Assembly (NCBI GenBank): GCA_965197645.1
Contig: OZ240219.1
Location: 2,464,001-2,528,000, forward strand
Direction of reading: 5' to 3'
DNA from: Dehalococcoidia bacterium
GTDB taxonomy: Bacteria > Chloroflexota > Dehalococcoidia > Plut-88900
DNA: 64,000 bases
Made by a program: the position numbers and the translations under genes. Positions 8,828-18,928 of this stretch are shown piece after piece. The notes below the pieces were generated by a model, which saw nothing but the letters and a program-made list of their open reading frames with translations, was not told where the DNA came from and did not search any database. The number at the start of each line of letters is the position of its first letter. The stretch's first letter is position 1.

Positions 8828-9772
8828 ATGACCTTTGGATGCATCCTTCCCAACAGGGGCGAGCTGGCGACGAACGATAACCTGCGGATGCTGACCGTAC
8901 TGGCCGAAAGTCTCGGCTTCGACTCGGTGTGGGTAAGCGATCACCTCCTGGTCCCGGTGGACTATGACTCCAAGTATCCGTACACCGACGACGGGGTAGC
9001 CCCCTTCTCCGGCGATCTTCCCTACTGCGAGCCCCTTACCACCCTCTCCTACCTGGCCGGAGCCACCCAGCGGATCAAGCTGGGCACCCACGTCCTGGTG
9101 CTTCCCTATCGCAACCCGGTCCACACAGCTAAGATCGTGTCCACTCTGGACTACCTCTCCAACGGTCGAGTGATACTGGGCGTTGGGGTGGGGTGGTTGG
9201 AGGAGGAGTTCCGGGCCCTCGGCGAGACCAGGTTCGCCGAACGAGGCCCTCTATCCGACGAGTACATCCGGCTCTTCCGGGAGCTCTGGACCAAGGAAGA
9301 CCCCGTCTTCGAGGGGCGTTACTATCAGATATCCGGCATGAAGTTCCAGCCCAAGCCGGTCCAGAAACCTCATGTGCCCATCTGGGTAGGGGGCCAGGTC
9401 AACGGGGCGATACGCCGCGCCGCCCGGCTCGGAGACGCATGGCTTCCCATCGGCCTGCGAGGGCCAACAGGTCTCGAACCCGATGAACTGAGAAGAAAGA
9501 TAGATTTGCTGAACAGGACCGCCGAGGACTCGGGCCGCGACCCAGGGTCGGTAGGCGTGTCCTTCAGCACCAACCTGGATTTCGAAGACGGTGGCGGGAC
9601 TCGTAAGCTGTTCACCGGCTCCCCGGACCAGATAGCCGGCGACATACGAGCCTATCAGCAGGTGGGAGTGAGCTACTTCCTGTTCGGCTTCAGAAGCGGC
9701 AGCCTTGGCGAGAACATGGAAGCGATGGAGCGGTTCGCCAGGGAGGTCATGCCCCAAGCCTCTGAATCTTAG
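8828..9772 (+). CDS. LLM-class (probably F420-dependent) oxidoreductase
   Basis: GFDSVWVSDH, EPLTTLSYLAGATQRIKLGT, DYLSNGRVILGVGVGWLEEEF, PKPVQKPHVPIWVGG. Confidence 0.9.
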   Translation: MTFGCILPNRGELATNDNLRMLTVLAESLGFDSVWVSDHLLVPVDYDSKYPYTDDGVAPFSGDLPYCEPLTTLSYLAGATQRIKLGTHVLVLPYRNPVHTAKIVSTLDYLSNGRVILGVGVGWLEEEFRALGETRFAERGPLSDEYIRLFRELWTKEDPVFEGRYYQISGMKFQPKPVQKPHVPIWVGGQVNGAIRRAARLGDAWLPIGLRGPTGLEPDELRRKIDLLNRTAEDSGRDPGSVGVSFSTNLDFEDGGGTRKLFTGSPDQIAGDIRAYQQVGVSYFLFGFRSGSLGENMEAMERFAREVMPQASES

Positions 9773-9801
9773 GCTCCGGACGCTTTCAGGTTGAGAAAAC
9801 G

Positions 9802-9835
9802 AAAGGGCCCCGCCGCTGTAGCGGCGGGGCCCTTT
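9802..9835. terminator. Bidirectional intrinsic terminator between LLM gene and dnaK
   Basis: aaagggccccgccgct-gt-agcggcggggcccttt with A/T tails on both sides between convergent genes. Confidence 0.85.
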
Positions 9836-9860
9836 TCTACTTGCTGACTGTATGCCGGGG

Positions 9861-11795
9861 TCAGTTTACCTCCCGGAACTCGCCCTCCACCGTGTCCTCA
9901 TCCTTGCGTTTCGGCTGATCGGGTCCGCCTTCATCCGAAGCATCGGGGCCTTCGCCATCGGCCGGGCCTTCGGCGCCGGGAGGCGGGGCGGCCTGCTGAT
10001 AGACGGCGGCGCCGATCTTCTGTACCGTCTCCTGAAGGTCATCCGTAGCGGAGCGGATCTGGGCCACTTCGGTCCCCTGAAGGGCAGTACGTACGGCAGC
10101 CACCTTGGTAGCAACCTCGGATTTCAGCTCCTCGGATATCTTGTCGCCGTGCTCCCTCACCGTCTTCTCCGCGTTATAGGCCAGGGCCTCGGCGTTGTTC
10201 CTTACCTCGATCTCGTCCTTCTTCTGCTTATCTTCCTCGGCATGAAGCTCGGCGTCCCTCACCATGTTCTCGACTTCATCGTTGGACAGACCAGAGCTGG
10301 CCGTAATGGTGATTTTCTGTTCCTTGCCCGTACCCTGGTCCTTGGCGGACACGTTCAGGATCCCGTTGGCATCGATGTCGAACGTAACTTCTATCTGGGG
10401 CATTCCTCTGGGAGCGGGCAGTATCCCGTCCAGTAGGAACCGGCCGATGGTCTTGTTCTCGGGGGCCATCGCCCGCTCTCCTTGCAGTACGTGTACGTCG
10501 ACGCTGGGCTGATTATCCGATGCCGTCGAGAATACCTGGGACTTGGACGTGGGTATGGTGGTGTTCCGGGTGATGAGAGCCGTTGCCACACCCCCCAGCG
10601 TCTCGATGCCCAGGGTCAGCGGGGTCACGTCCAGCAGCAGTACGTCGTGCACCTCGCCCGTCAGGACTCCCGCCTGAATTGCCGCACCGACTGCAACCAC
10701 CTCGTCCGGGTTCACCCCCTTGTGAGGCTCTCTACCGAAGATCTGCTGCACCTTCTCGATCACCGCCGGCATACGGGTCTGGCCGCCGACCAGCACCACC
10801 TCATCAATCTCCGAAGCGGATAGCTCCGCGTCCTTTATCGCTTGAAGGCACGGCTGCTCGGTCTTCTCGACCAGGTCGCCCACCAGCTGCTCCAGCTTGG
10901 ACCGGCTGAGGCTGATGTTCAGGTGCTTGGGACCGCTGGCATCGGCGGTAATGAAGGGGAGGTTGATCTCCGACTGCCCGACGGTAGAAAGCTCTATCTT
11001 GGCCTTCTCTGCTCCCTCTTTGAGACGTTGCAGGGCCATGCGGTCCTGCTTCAGATCGATCCCCTGATCCTTCTTGAACTCAGCCACCAGCCAATCGATG
11101 ATCCTCTGATCGAAGTCGTCGCCGCCCAGGTGAGTGTCCCCGTTGGTGGACTTCACCTCGTAGACGCCCTCGCCGATCTGAAGGACGGAGACGTCAAAGG
11201 TCCCACCGCCCAGATCGTAGACCGCTATGGTCTGGTCACCCTGTTTCTCCAGCCCGTAAGCCAGAGAAGCGGCGGTGGGTTCGTTGATGATGCGGAGGAC
11301 GTTCAACCCCGCTATCTTGCCGGCGTCCTTTGTTGCCTGGCGCTGGCTGTCGTTGAAATAGGCGGGAGTGGTGATGACCGCCTCGGTGATGCTCTCTCCC
11401 AGCTTGGTCTCGGCGTCCTCCTTCAGCTTGCGGAGGATCATCGCCGATATCTCAGGCGGGGCGTGGGCCTTGCCGGCGACCTCCACGTGGGCATCATCGT
11501 TGGACGCCTTGACGATCTTGTAGGGCAACAGCTTGACGTCCTTTTGGACCTCGGGGTCGCCGAACTTCCGACCCATCAGCCGCTTGATGGAGTACACCGT
11601 ATTGTCCGGGTTGGTAACGGCCTGCCGCTTGGCGGTGGTGCCCGTGTACCTCTCGCTGGACTTGGGATTGATCGCCATCATGGAAGGCGTAGTTCGCCCA
11701 CCCTCTGCATTTTCGACGACCGTGGGCTCGGTGGCCTCCATGACCGCCATGCAGGAGTTCGTCGTACCCAGGTCTATTCCCAACACCTTTGCCAT
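9861..11795 (-). CDS. dnaK: Chaperone DnaK
   Basis: [47 protein letters not shown]. Confidence 0.99.
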   Translation of the reverse strand: MAKVLGIDLGTTNSCMAVMEATEPTVVENAEGGRTTPSMMAINPKSSERYTGTTAKRQAVTNPDNTVYSIKRLMGRKFGDPEVQKDVKLLPYKIVKASNDDAHVEVAGKAHAPPEISAMILRKLKEDAETKLGESITEAVITTPAYFNDSQRQATKDAGKIAGLNVLRIINEPTAASLAYGLEKQGDQTIAVYDLGGGTFDVSVLQIGEGVYEVKSTNGDTHLGGDDFDQRIIDWLVAEFKKDQGIDLKQDRMALQRLKEGAEKAKIELSTVGQSEINLPFITADASGPKHLNISLSRSKLEQLVGDLVEKTEQPCLQAIKDAELSASEIDEVVLVGGQTRMPAVIEKVQQIFGREPHKGVNPDEVVAVGAAIQAGVLTGEVHDVLLLDVTPLTLGIETLGGVATALITRNTTIPTSKSQVFSTASDNQPSVDVHVLQGERAMAPENKTIGRFLLDGILPAPRGMPQIEVTFDIDANGILNVSAKDQGTGKEQKITITASSGLSNDEVENMVRDAELHAEEDKQKKDEIEVRNNAEALAYNAEKTVREHGDKISEELKSEVATKVAAVRTALQGTEVAQIRSATDDLQETVQKIGAAVYQQAAPPPGAEGPADGEGPDASDEGGPDQPKRKDEDTVEGEFREVN

Positions 11796-11888
11796 TGCTT
11801 GTTACCTCCCTAGATCGCCCAACCCGCGTCCCTCGAAATCGTGGTCGCAGTTGTCGTGTTTGTCTGGTCTGTACTTAACGTTTACCGT

Positions 11889-12356
11889 CTACTTGGCTAC
11901 CGATACCTGCGCCGGCCGAAGGAGCTTACCGTTGAATCGATACCCAGCCTGGTGCACCGTCAGGACTCTGCCCTGTGAGACGCCTTCCACTTCTTCCACT
12001 GCTATGGCCTCGTGTTCCAGCGGATCGAACTGCATGTCCTCGGCCGGCACGCGGCTGAGCCCCTCTTTTCCCAGGGTGGAGATCAGCTTGTCCTGGAGCA
12101 GCGCCATTCCCTTCACCCACTCCGAGCCGGACAGCTTCTCGGGCACCACTTCCAGGGCTCTTCCCAGGTCGTCTATTATAGGGAGCAGCTTCACCACCAG
12201 CGTCGATCCGGCCAACCGGGCCTGCTCCTGGCGTTCCGATTCGATGCGGCGTTTGTAGTTCGCGAAATCCGCCTGGACTCTCTGGAGGAGCACCCTGTAG
12301 TCCTGGGGATCCTCCTCAGGGTTCTGTTCCGACTCTCGAGGTGCATCGTCGTTCAT
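11889..12356 (-). CDS. grpE: Nucleotide exchange factor GrpE
   Basis: RVQADFANYKRR, LLPIIDDLGRAL, FDPLEHEA, GYRFNGKLLRPAQV. Confidence 0.97.
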   Translation of the reverse strand: MNDDAPRESEQNPEEDPQDYRVLLQRVQADFANYKRRIESERQEQARLAGSTLVVKLLPIIDDLGRALEVVPEKLSGSEWVKGMALLQDKLISTLGKEGLSRVPAEDMQFDPLEHEAIAVEEVEGVSQGRVLTVHQAGYRFNGKLLRPAQVSVAK

Positions 12357-12713
12357 TTACGGCTCCAACATCTCCCGCATCTCGGATATAGCGCTGCCCA
12401 GCCTCTGCTTGGAGGCGCTTTCGGAAGGCAACTCGGCCAGATCCTGCTCCATCTTCATCAGCTTCGAACGAATGTTGAGAGCCACCTCCACTCCCGCCAG
12501 ATTGAGTCCCACCTCGTCAACCAGATACTTTATCATCTTTAGTAGGGATATGTCTTCGTCGGAATACATCCGTAGCATGCGGCTGCGGGCAGGAGTAACC
12601 AGACCAACCCTTTCGTACTTGCGCAAGGTCTGGGGATGCATGCCCGATAGCATCGCCGCTACGCGAATCACGTACACTCCTTCACGTCGCATGTTTGCCG
12701 GACCCTTCTCCAC
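12357..12713 (-). CDS. hspR: HspR-type MerR-family heat-shock repressor
   Basis: VYVIRVAAMLSGMHPQTLRKYERVGLVTP, RMYSDEDI, GLNLAGV; stop abuts grpE start; alternative start ATG at 12692. Confidence 0.88.
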   Translation of the reverse strand: MEKGPANMRREGVYVIRVAAMLSGMHPQTLRKYERVGLVTPARSRMLRMYSDEDISLLKMIKYLVDEVGLNLAGVEVALNIRSKLMKMEQDLAELPSESASKQRLGSAISEMREMLEP

Positions 12714-12739
12714 TTCCTTTGTAGGGTGTTGCGGAGCAT

Positions 12740-12769
12740 ATTATGTCACTTGATGCGCAGTGTGTCAAG
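12740..12769 (-). promoter_or_regulatory. hspR-grpE-dnaK promoter overlapped by a HAIR-like operator
   Basis: TTGACA-N17-CATAAT on minus strand; inverted repeat CTTGA-N11-TCAAG (12749-12769) has the length and outer arms of the HAIR consensus CTTGAGT-N7-ACTCAAG. Confidence 0.65.
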
Positions 12770-12813
12770 ACTATTGAGACGCTGTTAACCATCTCAACTG
12801 ATCGGAGCCTATA

Positions 12814-13728
12814 TTGAAGATACGGATGCCCAGCAGACTTCAAGCCGCGGTAACGCCTATTTGGGACAGCTTCATTGTCGTGCTGATGCGCCGCACCGTT
12901 CAGGAGATGTCCGACGACGATGCCACGCATATGGCCGCCGGTGTGGCCTACTACACCCTCTTCTCCCTGTTCCCGCTAATGCTGGGACTCATAGCGGTCC
13001 TGGGGTTCGTCATGGACCCCGACGATATCCGCGATAAGTTCACCGAATGGGCTGTAGATTACTTTCCCGGCACCGGCGAGCTGGTCGTCGATAACATCGA
13101 TACGGCCCTCAGCCAGAGGGGGCCCCTCACGGCCGTCGCCGTGGTGGGTCTTATCTGGTCGGGAAGTGCGATATTCGGGGTGATAGGTCGTTCTATCAAC
13201 CGGGCCTGGGACGTTCACAAAGACCGTCCTTTCTACATCGACAAGCTACGCCAGCTGGGAATGGCACTGGGAGTGAGTGTCCTGTTCCTGCTTTCTGTCT
13301 CGATGGCCACCTTTGCCCAAATAGTGGACCGCCTCAGCGAGACCTTCGATGCGGCCGGTCTGCAAACAACGACGGGGGTTCTTGTCGCCATCGGCCTTCG
13401 AGCGGTCTCTCTGCTCCTGGTTTTCGCCATATTTCTGCTGCTCTACAAGACGATACCCAACACCAGGACCTTCTGGCGATACGTATGGCCGGGGGCCGTG
13501 GTCGCCGCCATTCTCTTCGAGGCGGCCAAGAACCTGTTTATTGTCTACATAGACCAGTTCGCCAGCTACCAGAAAGTGTACGGGTCCATCGGCACGGTGA
13601 TCGCCTTCCTGCTGTGGGCCTACATTAGCTCGATGATCCTGATCATGGGCGCCGAGCTCAGCTCCGAGTACGGCAGGATGCGGCGCGGCGCCGACCGGGG
13701 TGTTCCGATACAGGCGTCCGAAGACTAA
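12814..13728 (+). CDS. YihY/BrkB family membrane protein
   Basis: AAGVAYYTLFSLFP, INRAWDV, VWPGAVVA, YGSIGTVIAFLLWAY, MGAEL; exact start uncertain. Confidence 0.9.
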   Translation: MKIRMPSRLQAAVTPIWDSFIVVLMRRTVQEMSDDDATHMAAGVAYYTLFSLFPLMLGLIAVLGFVMDPDDIRDKFTEWAVDYFPGTGELVVDNIDTALSQRGPLTAVAVVGLIWSGSAIFGVIGRSINRAWDVHKDRPFYIDKLRQLGMALGVSVLFLLSVSMATFAQIVDRLSETFDAAGLQTTTGVLVAIGLRAVSLLLVFAIFLLLYKTIPNTRTFWRYVWPGAVVAAILFEAAKNLFIVYIDQFASYQKVYGSIGTVIAFLLWAYISSMILIMGAELSSEYGRMRRGADRGVPIQASED

Positions 13729-13824
13729 AAAGTCAAACGTCGGCGGGTGCTGCTGTACCGCCCGTAGCGCACCAGGCGAAACTTGGGTTATCCTAGCCGG
13801 GCCCGATCACAAGAGAGGTGGACA

Positions 13825-15426
13825 ATGACCACCATAACACCGGAAAAACAGGCCACCTGGGAATGGATCGATCGTAACTATCAGCGCTTCTCCGATTTTC
13901 ACCAGGAGATTTGGAACTACGCGGAACCGGCATGGCGCGAGTATCGATCGATGAGAGCCTTTTGCGACCTCCTTCGGTCCGAGGGGTTCGAGGTAGAGGA
14001 AGGCTCCGGCGAGATGCCCACAGCCTTCATGGCCACCTGGGGCAAGGGAGGACCGGTCCTCGGCGCCTACGCCGAATACGACGCCGTTCCCGGAAACTCC
14101 CAACAGCCGGTGCCCTACCGAGCACCTCGCGAGGGCCTCCACCCCTGGGCCGCTGGGCATACCGATCCCCACTCATCGCTGGGAGTGGCCGCCCTCATGG
14201 GAATGCTGGGCACCAAAACCGTCATGGAAGAGAGGGGCCTTCCGGGTACCCTGCGCTTGTTCGGCGAGCCGGCGGAGAAGGTATGCGGCTCCAAGCCGGT
14301 CCACGCGGCCAAGGGTTACCTGGACGGCGCCGACGCCTACATCGCCTATCATCCCCATCACACCAACACCACCATCTGGGATACTCATTGCGGCTCCTAC
14401 TGGAGCATCGTCTTCACCTTCGAGTGTCTCGACCCGGAGAACTGGATCGATGCCGACCTGCTGGTAGCGCCGGGCCAATCCCATGCCACGGCCCGGTGTC
14501 CCGGCGCCATCGATGCATTGGCCCTGATGTACACTAACACCAAGTACACCAAGGAGGCGATGTATCCCCACACCGGCACCTGGACCCTCAACGAGTTTGT
14601 GATGGCTGCGGGTCAGGCCACCGCGGACAACCTGCCGCCCAGGTTCAGCCAGATACAATACTCCTGGCGCGGGCCCACCCTCGCCATACAGGAGCAGATC
14701 TACCGCGTGCTGGAGAACAACGCAAAGCACGCCGCCGCCGTCACTAGGTGCGCCGTCTCGGCTCGATGGGTCACCAAGACCAGGCCGGGCCTCGCTAACC
14801 ACGCCATGGCCCAGCTTGCGGCCGACAATCTGAGGCAGGTCGGCCCTCCCAAGATGAGCGCCGAGGCCCGACGGTTCGGCCGGAAGATCCAGGAGAACCT
14901 GGGCATCGAGCCCATGTCCGACCCCTTTACCGCCGAAGGCCAGCAGTACATTTCTCCCCAGGACTTCGAGGCTTCCGTGCGGGCTCAGCTCCCCGGATGG
15001 CAGGTAAACTACACCTCCGACGACTACTCCGACTACACCTGGCACGCTCCGACGGTGCGCCTGCTCACCTCCAGGCCGGTGCTGAAGCCGCCCGACTCCA
15101 GCTTCCAGTACCCCGCCTGGGCGGGAAATGCGCTGGGAGGCGTCAAGGAGTGCATAGAGCCCGGGATGTTCGTCGGCGGCAAGACCATCTCCGCCACCCT
15201 GATCGACCTGCTCACAAGGCCGGAGGAGCTGGAAAAGGCCAAGGCCGAGTTCGAAGAGAGGACCGGCGGAGGAATCGGCGGCTCCAAGTGGGTCGCCCCG
15301 CTGCTGCCCAGGGACTTCGCTCCGCCGGTGGACCTGCGCTGGCCGGAGTACGTCCAGACCCCGCGCGGCGAGGAGTGGTGGGCCCCGACCCTCGGCCCAG
15401 CCGGCTTCGGCGAGCGGCTGGCCTGA
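13825..15426 (+). CDS. M20/AbgB-like amidohydrolase with altered metal motifs
   Basis: IWNYAEPAWREYRS, MPTAF, AEYDAVPG, GHTDPHS, PAEK; ATG 13825 follows SD GAGGTG. Confidence 0.75.
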   Translation: MTTITPEKQATWEWIDRNYQRFSDFHQEIWNYAEPAWREYRSMRAFCDLLRSEGFEVEEGSGEMPTAFMATWGKGGPVLGAYAEYDAVPGNSQQPVPYRAPREGLHPWAAGHTDPHSSLGVAALMGMLGTKTVMEERGLPGTLRLFGEPAEKVCGSKPVHAAKGYLDGADAYIAYHPHHTNTTIWDTHCGSYWSIVFTFECLDPENWIDADLLVAPGQSHATARCPGAIDALALMYTNTKYTKEAMYPHTGTWTLNEFVMAAGQATADNLPPRFSQIQYSWRGPTLAIQEQIYRVLENNAKHAAAVTRCAVSARWVTKTRPGLANHAMAQLAADNLRQVGPPKMSAEARRFGRKIQENLGIEPMSDPFTAEGQQYISPQDFEASVRAQLPGWQVNYTSDDYSDYTWHAPTVRLLTSRPVLKPPDSSFQYPAWAGNALGGVKECIEPGMFVGGKTISATLIDLLTRPEELEKAKAEFEERTGGGIGGSKWVAPLLPRDFAPPVDLRWPEYVQTPRGEEWWAPTLGPAGFGERLA

Positions 15427-15440
15427 CCTGACTTGCTGCC

Positions 15441-16121
15441 ATGTCTTCCCTGCAAGAGCTGAATCGGGAGATCATCTCCTGCACCCGTTGCCCTCGGCTG
15501 GTGGAGTACCGCGAGAAGGTCGCCAGGGAGAAGCGCCGGATGTACCAGGACTGGGACTACTGGGGCAAGCCGGTGCCCGGAATCGGCGATCCCTCTGCCC
15601 GGGTCTTCATCCTCGGTCTGGCCCCAGCCGCTCATGGCGCCAACAGAACGGGGCGCATGTTCACCGGCGACGGCAGCGGAGATTGGATGTGGAGGGCTTT
15701 ACATAAGTCTGGTTTCTCCAACCGTTCTTGCTCCCGAGACCCGAATGACGACCTTACCCTGACCGACGTGTACATCAGCGCCGCCCTGAGGTGTGCTCCC
15801 CCCGCAAACAAGCCCCTCAAAGAAGAGCTGTCCCAATGCCGGAGCTACCTGCTGTCCGAGCTCGAGATGATGGACCGGGTACAGGTGGTGCTGGCCTTGG
15901 GAAAGATCGCCTTCGATAGCTACTTCGCGGCCGCCAGAGAGCTCGGTTATACGCCGCCAACCCCCAAACCGCCCTTCGGTCATTGCGCCGTCTACCAGCT
16001 CGATTGGGGCATCACGTTGGTCGGTTCCTACCATCCCAGCCGACAGAACACCCAGACCGGCAAGCTGACCGAGGAGATGTTCGACCGGGCGTTCACCACC
16101 GTACGAGGACTGCTGAGGTGA
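15441..16121 (+). CDS. udgB: Family 5 uracil-DNA glycosylase (Fe-S)
   Basis: CTRCPRL, GLAPAAHGANRTGRMFTGD, RCAPPANKP, SYHPSRQNT. Confidence 0.9.
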   Translation: MSSLQELNREIISCTRCPRLVEYREKVAREKRRMYQDWDYWGKPVPGIGDPSARVFILGLAPAAHGANRTGRMFTGDGSGDWMWRALHKSGFSNRSCSRDPNDDLTLTDVYISAALRCAPPANKPLKEELSQCRSYLLSELEMMDRVQVVLALGKIAFDSYFAAARELGYTPPTPKPPFGHCAVYQLDWGITLVGSYHPSRQNTQTGKLTEEMFDRAFTTVRGLLR

Positions 16122-16185
16122 GGGAATGGAGATGCCAATCGATTCCAACCGGTGGAAGTCACCGTCAACGACGGCCGTCGATAAC

Positions 16186-16242
16186 GGGGTGTGCAGAGGG
16201 GCGGAGCCCCTTTGCCGGGAGCCTGAGGGTGTCCCTCAGATC
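16186..16242 (+). repeat. Dispersed two-hairpin repeat, copy A1
   Basis: ggggtgtgcagaggggcggagcccctttgccgggagcctgagggtgtccctcagatc; near-identical to the reverse complement of 58482-58538. Confidence 0.85.
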
Positions 16243-16311
16243 ACTATTCTTGCGGCCTGTTCGGAGCCGACCTTATAATGATGCGGCTTTCAACTCATTT
16301 CGAGGAGCAAT

Positions 16312-17628
16312 ATGGTTACTACGGGCAGACTCCCCATATTTCCAGTGACCTCAGGCATAAACGATGCCAACCACCTCACCATCGGCGGCTGTGACTTGAC
16401 CGCCCTCGCCGAGGAATACGGCACCCCTCTCTACGTCTTCGATGAGGAGTCTCTGAGAGGTAAGTGTCGAGAGTTCACCAGGGAGTTCTCCGACCGGTAT
16501 CCGGACGTCCTGGTGCTGTACGCCTGCAAGGCCTACGTCAATCCCGCCCTGGCCCGCATATTCAACGAAGAGGGCATGGGGCTCGACGTCGTTTCCGGCG
16601 GCGAGCTGGCGGTGGCGCAAGCCGTCGACTACCCCGCAGCGAAGGTCTACTTCCACGGCAACAACAAAGGCCCCGAAGAGCTGGAAAGCTCGGTGGGGTG
16701 GGGCATTGGGCGTGTGGTAGTGGACAACTTCCACGAGCTGGATCTGCTCAACGATATCGCAGGCAAGGCCGGTGTGCGGCAGGACATCCTGGTCCGGGTA
16801 TCGCCCGGCGTGGACCCTCACACCCACAGTCACACCACTACCGGCATCCTGGACAGCAAGTTCGGCATCCCCATCGAAGGGGGACAGGCCGAGGAGCTGG
16901 TCAGGCAGGCCATGGCTGCAGAAAACATCAATCTCGTTGGCCTGCATTTCCACCTCGGCTCCCCCATCTTCGATCTGGAACCCTATCGCACCGCGATCGA
17001 CATAACGATGGCTTTCGCCGCCGAGATGAAGGAGCGGCATGGGATGGAGCTGAGGGAGTTCAGCCCGGGTGGTGGATTCGCCGTGCAGTACACCGAGGAC
17101 GAACCGCCTCCCCAGGTAGCCGAGTACGCCTCCGTCATCGCCTCGGCCATACTGGAGAACTGCAAAGGGCCCGACATGCCGCCCCCGCAATTGCTCATCG
17201 AGCCGGGCCGGGCCATCGTAGGGCAGGCCGGTGTGGCGGTCTACACGGTAGGATCGACCAAGGACATCCCTGGCATCCGGCGCTACGTTTCGGTGGACGG
17301 CGGCATGGGGGACAACATCCGGCCCGCCATCTACGGGTCCCGCTACGAAGCCATAGTCGTCAACAAGGCCGGGGACCGGCCAGAGGGAAAAGTCACCATC
17401 GCCGGCAAGTTCTGCGAGTCCGGCGACGTCCTCATTCACGACATAGAGCTTCCAGGAATCGAAACAGGCGACCTGATCGCCATCCCGACCTCGGGAGCCT
17501 ACTGCCTCCCCATGGCCAGCAACTACAACTCCAACCCTCGCCCACCTATCGCGCTGGTGAAAGACGGGCAGTCCAAGCTCATCCGCCGCCGGGAGACGTA
17601 TCAGGACCTGATGCTGTGCGACCTGTGA
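16312..17628 (+). CDS. lysA: Diaminopimelate decarboxylase
   Basis: YGTPLYV, YACKA (PLP Lys), DVVSGGEL, HFHLGS, EPGR, CESGD, GAYC. Confidence 0.96.
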   Translation: MVTTGRLPIFPVTSGINDANHLTIGGCDLTALAEEYGTPLYVFDEESLRGKCREFTREFSDRYPDVLVLYACKAYVNPALARIFNEEGMGLDVVSGGELAVAQAVDYPAAKVYFHGNNKGPEELESSVGWGIGRVVVDNFHELDLLNDIAGKAGVRQDILVRVSPGVDPHTHSHTTTGILDSKFGIPIEGGQAEELVRQAMAAENINLVGLHFHLGSPIFDLEPYRTAIDITMAFAAEMKERHGMELREFSPGGGFAVQYTEDEPPPQVAEYASVIASAILENCKGPDMPPPQLLIEPGRAIVGQAGVAVYTVGSTKDIPGIRRYVSVDGGMGDNIRPAIYGSRYEAIVVNKAGDRPEGKVTIAGKFCESGDVLIHDIELPGIETGDLIAIPTSGAYCLPMASNYNSNPRPPIALVKDGQSKLIRRRETYQDLMLCDL

Positions 17629-18680
17629 CCGACCAAGGAACAGTCTTCCAACCCGCCTCGATCATCGGGCACTCCGGCGCCGGCTCACTGCTCCTCAGAA
17701 GCCTGACGACGGACCACCTGTCCCACGCCTACCTGTTCGTCGGGCCCGAGCACGTGGGTAAGATGACGCTGGCCCTCTACCTGTCCCTGGCCGTCAACTG
17801 CGAGGGCCGAGACCGCAGGCCATGCGGCCAGTGTCCCCAGTGTCTTCGCATCTCCGCCGGCCAGCATGCCGATGTTCAGGTGCTGGGACTCTCGGAAGAG
17901 ACGGAGGGGCAGGGTGCGACGACCCGCATAGGCATCGAACGGGTCCGAGAGCTTCAGAAGCAGGCCAGTCTTCACCCATACGAAGGCAGATGCAGGGTCT
18001 TTATCATCGATGGCGCTCAGCTTCTCACCAACGAGGCCGCCAACAGCCTGTTGAAGACCCTGGAGGAGCCGCCTCCCAACGTGCTTCTGCTGCTCCTGAC
18101 CACCGACGAAAGCTCCCTGCTGCCGACTATTCTGTCTCGGTGCCAGCGACTAGAGCTGCGCCCCGTACCCATCGCCCTGCTGGCAGAAACCCTCGTCCGG
18201 ACCCACTCGCTGGAGGAGTCGAAAGCACAGCTCCTGGCCCGGCTTTCCGCCGGCTGCCCCGGTTGGGCCATAGCCGCCGCAAAGGATGAAGAGATACTGC
18301 AGGCCCGCATCGACACACTGGACCGCCTGGTCAGCCTCGGGCGGGAAGAGTTGGAGGATCGGTTCAAGTACGCCTCGGAGTTGGCGTCCCTCTTCTTCAA
18401 AGACCGAGGCGCCGTCCATCAGATTATGGACGTCTGGTTGACCTGGTGGAGAGACCTGTTGCTCCTAAACGGAGGCGCCGCCGAGCTGATCACCAACCGT
18501 CACCGCATCTCGGAGCTGCAGGAGCAGGCCGGTTGGTGCTCCCTGGCAGATATCCGGCGGTTCATCCACAGGCTGGAAGAGAGCCGCTCCAACCTCGAAC
18601 GCAACATCATCCCCCGGCTGGTGTTGGAGCTGTTGATGATGGACCTTCCAACCAGAACTCCCGTTGGGGCTGCACGGTAG
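17625..18680 (+). CDS. holB: DNA polymerase III subunit delta'
   Basis: HAYLFVGPEHVGK, CxxC zinc motif PCGQCPQC, ANSLLKTLEEPP, LPTILSRCQ; GTG overlaps the lysA stop. Confidence 0.93.
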   Translation: MTDQGTVFQPASIIGHSGAGSLLLRSLTTDHLSHAYLFVGPEHVGKMTLALYLSLAVNCEGRDRRPCGQCPQCLRISAGQHADVQVLGLSEETEGQGATTRIGIERVRELQKQASLHPYEGRCRVFIIDGAQLLTNEAANSLLKTLEEPPPNVLLLLLTTDESSLLPTILSRCQRLELRPVPIALLAETLVRTHSLEESKAQLLARLSAGCPGWAIAAAKDEEILQARIDTLDRLVSLGREELEDRFKYASELASLFFKDRGAVHQIMDVWLTWWRDLLLLNGGAAELITNRHRISELQEQAGWCSLADIRRFIHRLEESRSNLERNIIPRLVLELLMMDLPTRTPVGAAR

Positions 18681-18928
18681 TGAGGGCCATAGCGGGAGTC
18701 CGGTTCGAGCGAGCCGGTAGAGTGCACTACTTTGTCTCCGGCGGGCTGGACATCCGGCTCAACGACTATGTGGTGGCCAAAGAGAGGTCCGAGGAAAGGA
18801 TCGGCAGGGTCGTCTTCTCACCCGGTCAGCTGATTGTCGATCAGTTGGGAGCCCCGGTCACAGAGATTCTCAGGAAGGCCACGCCCGAAGACCTGGAGTC
18901 TGCCGAGACGAGCTGGACCAGGCCCTAA
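18680..18928 (+). CDS. Short protein resembling only the N-terminal domain of YaaT/RicT (PSP1)
   Basis: IAGVRFERAGRVHYF...YVV...IGRVV...ILRKATPEDL; 82 aa; directly follows holB. Confidence 0.65.
   Translation: MRAIAGVRFERAGRVHYFVSGGLDIRLNDYVVAKERSEERIGRVVFSPGQLIVDQLGAPVTEILRKATPEDLESAETSWTRP

Noticed and set aside
16122-16311. Lysine riboswitch upstream of lysA
   Set aside because: The structured part is the dispersed repeat, and a TATAAT lies downstream of it, leaving a short leader.
16464-17624. 738-aa ORF appearing to extend holB upstream
   Set aside because: The extension is an alternative frame over lysA with Arg/Gly/Pro-rich composition; holB homology begins at the GTG overlapping the lysA stop.
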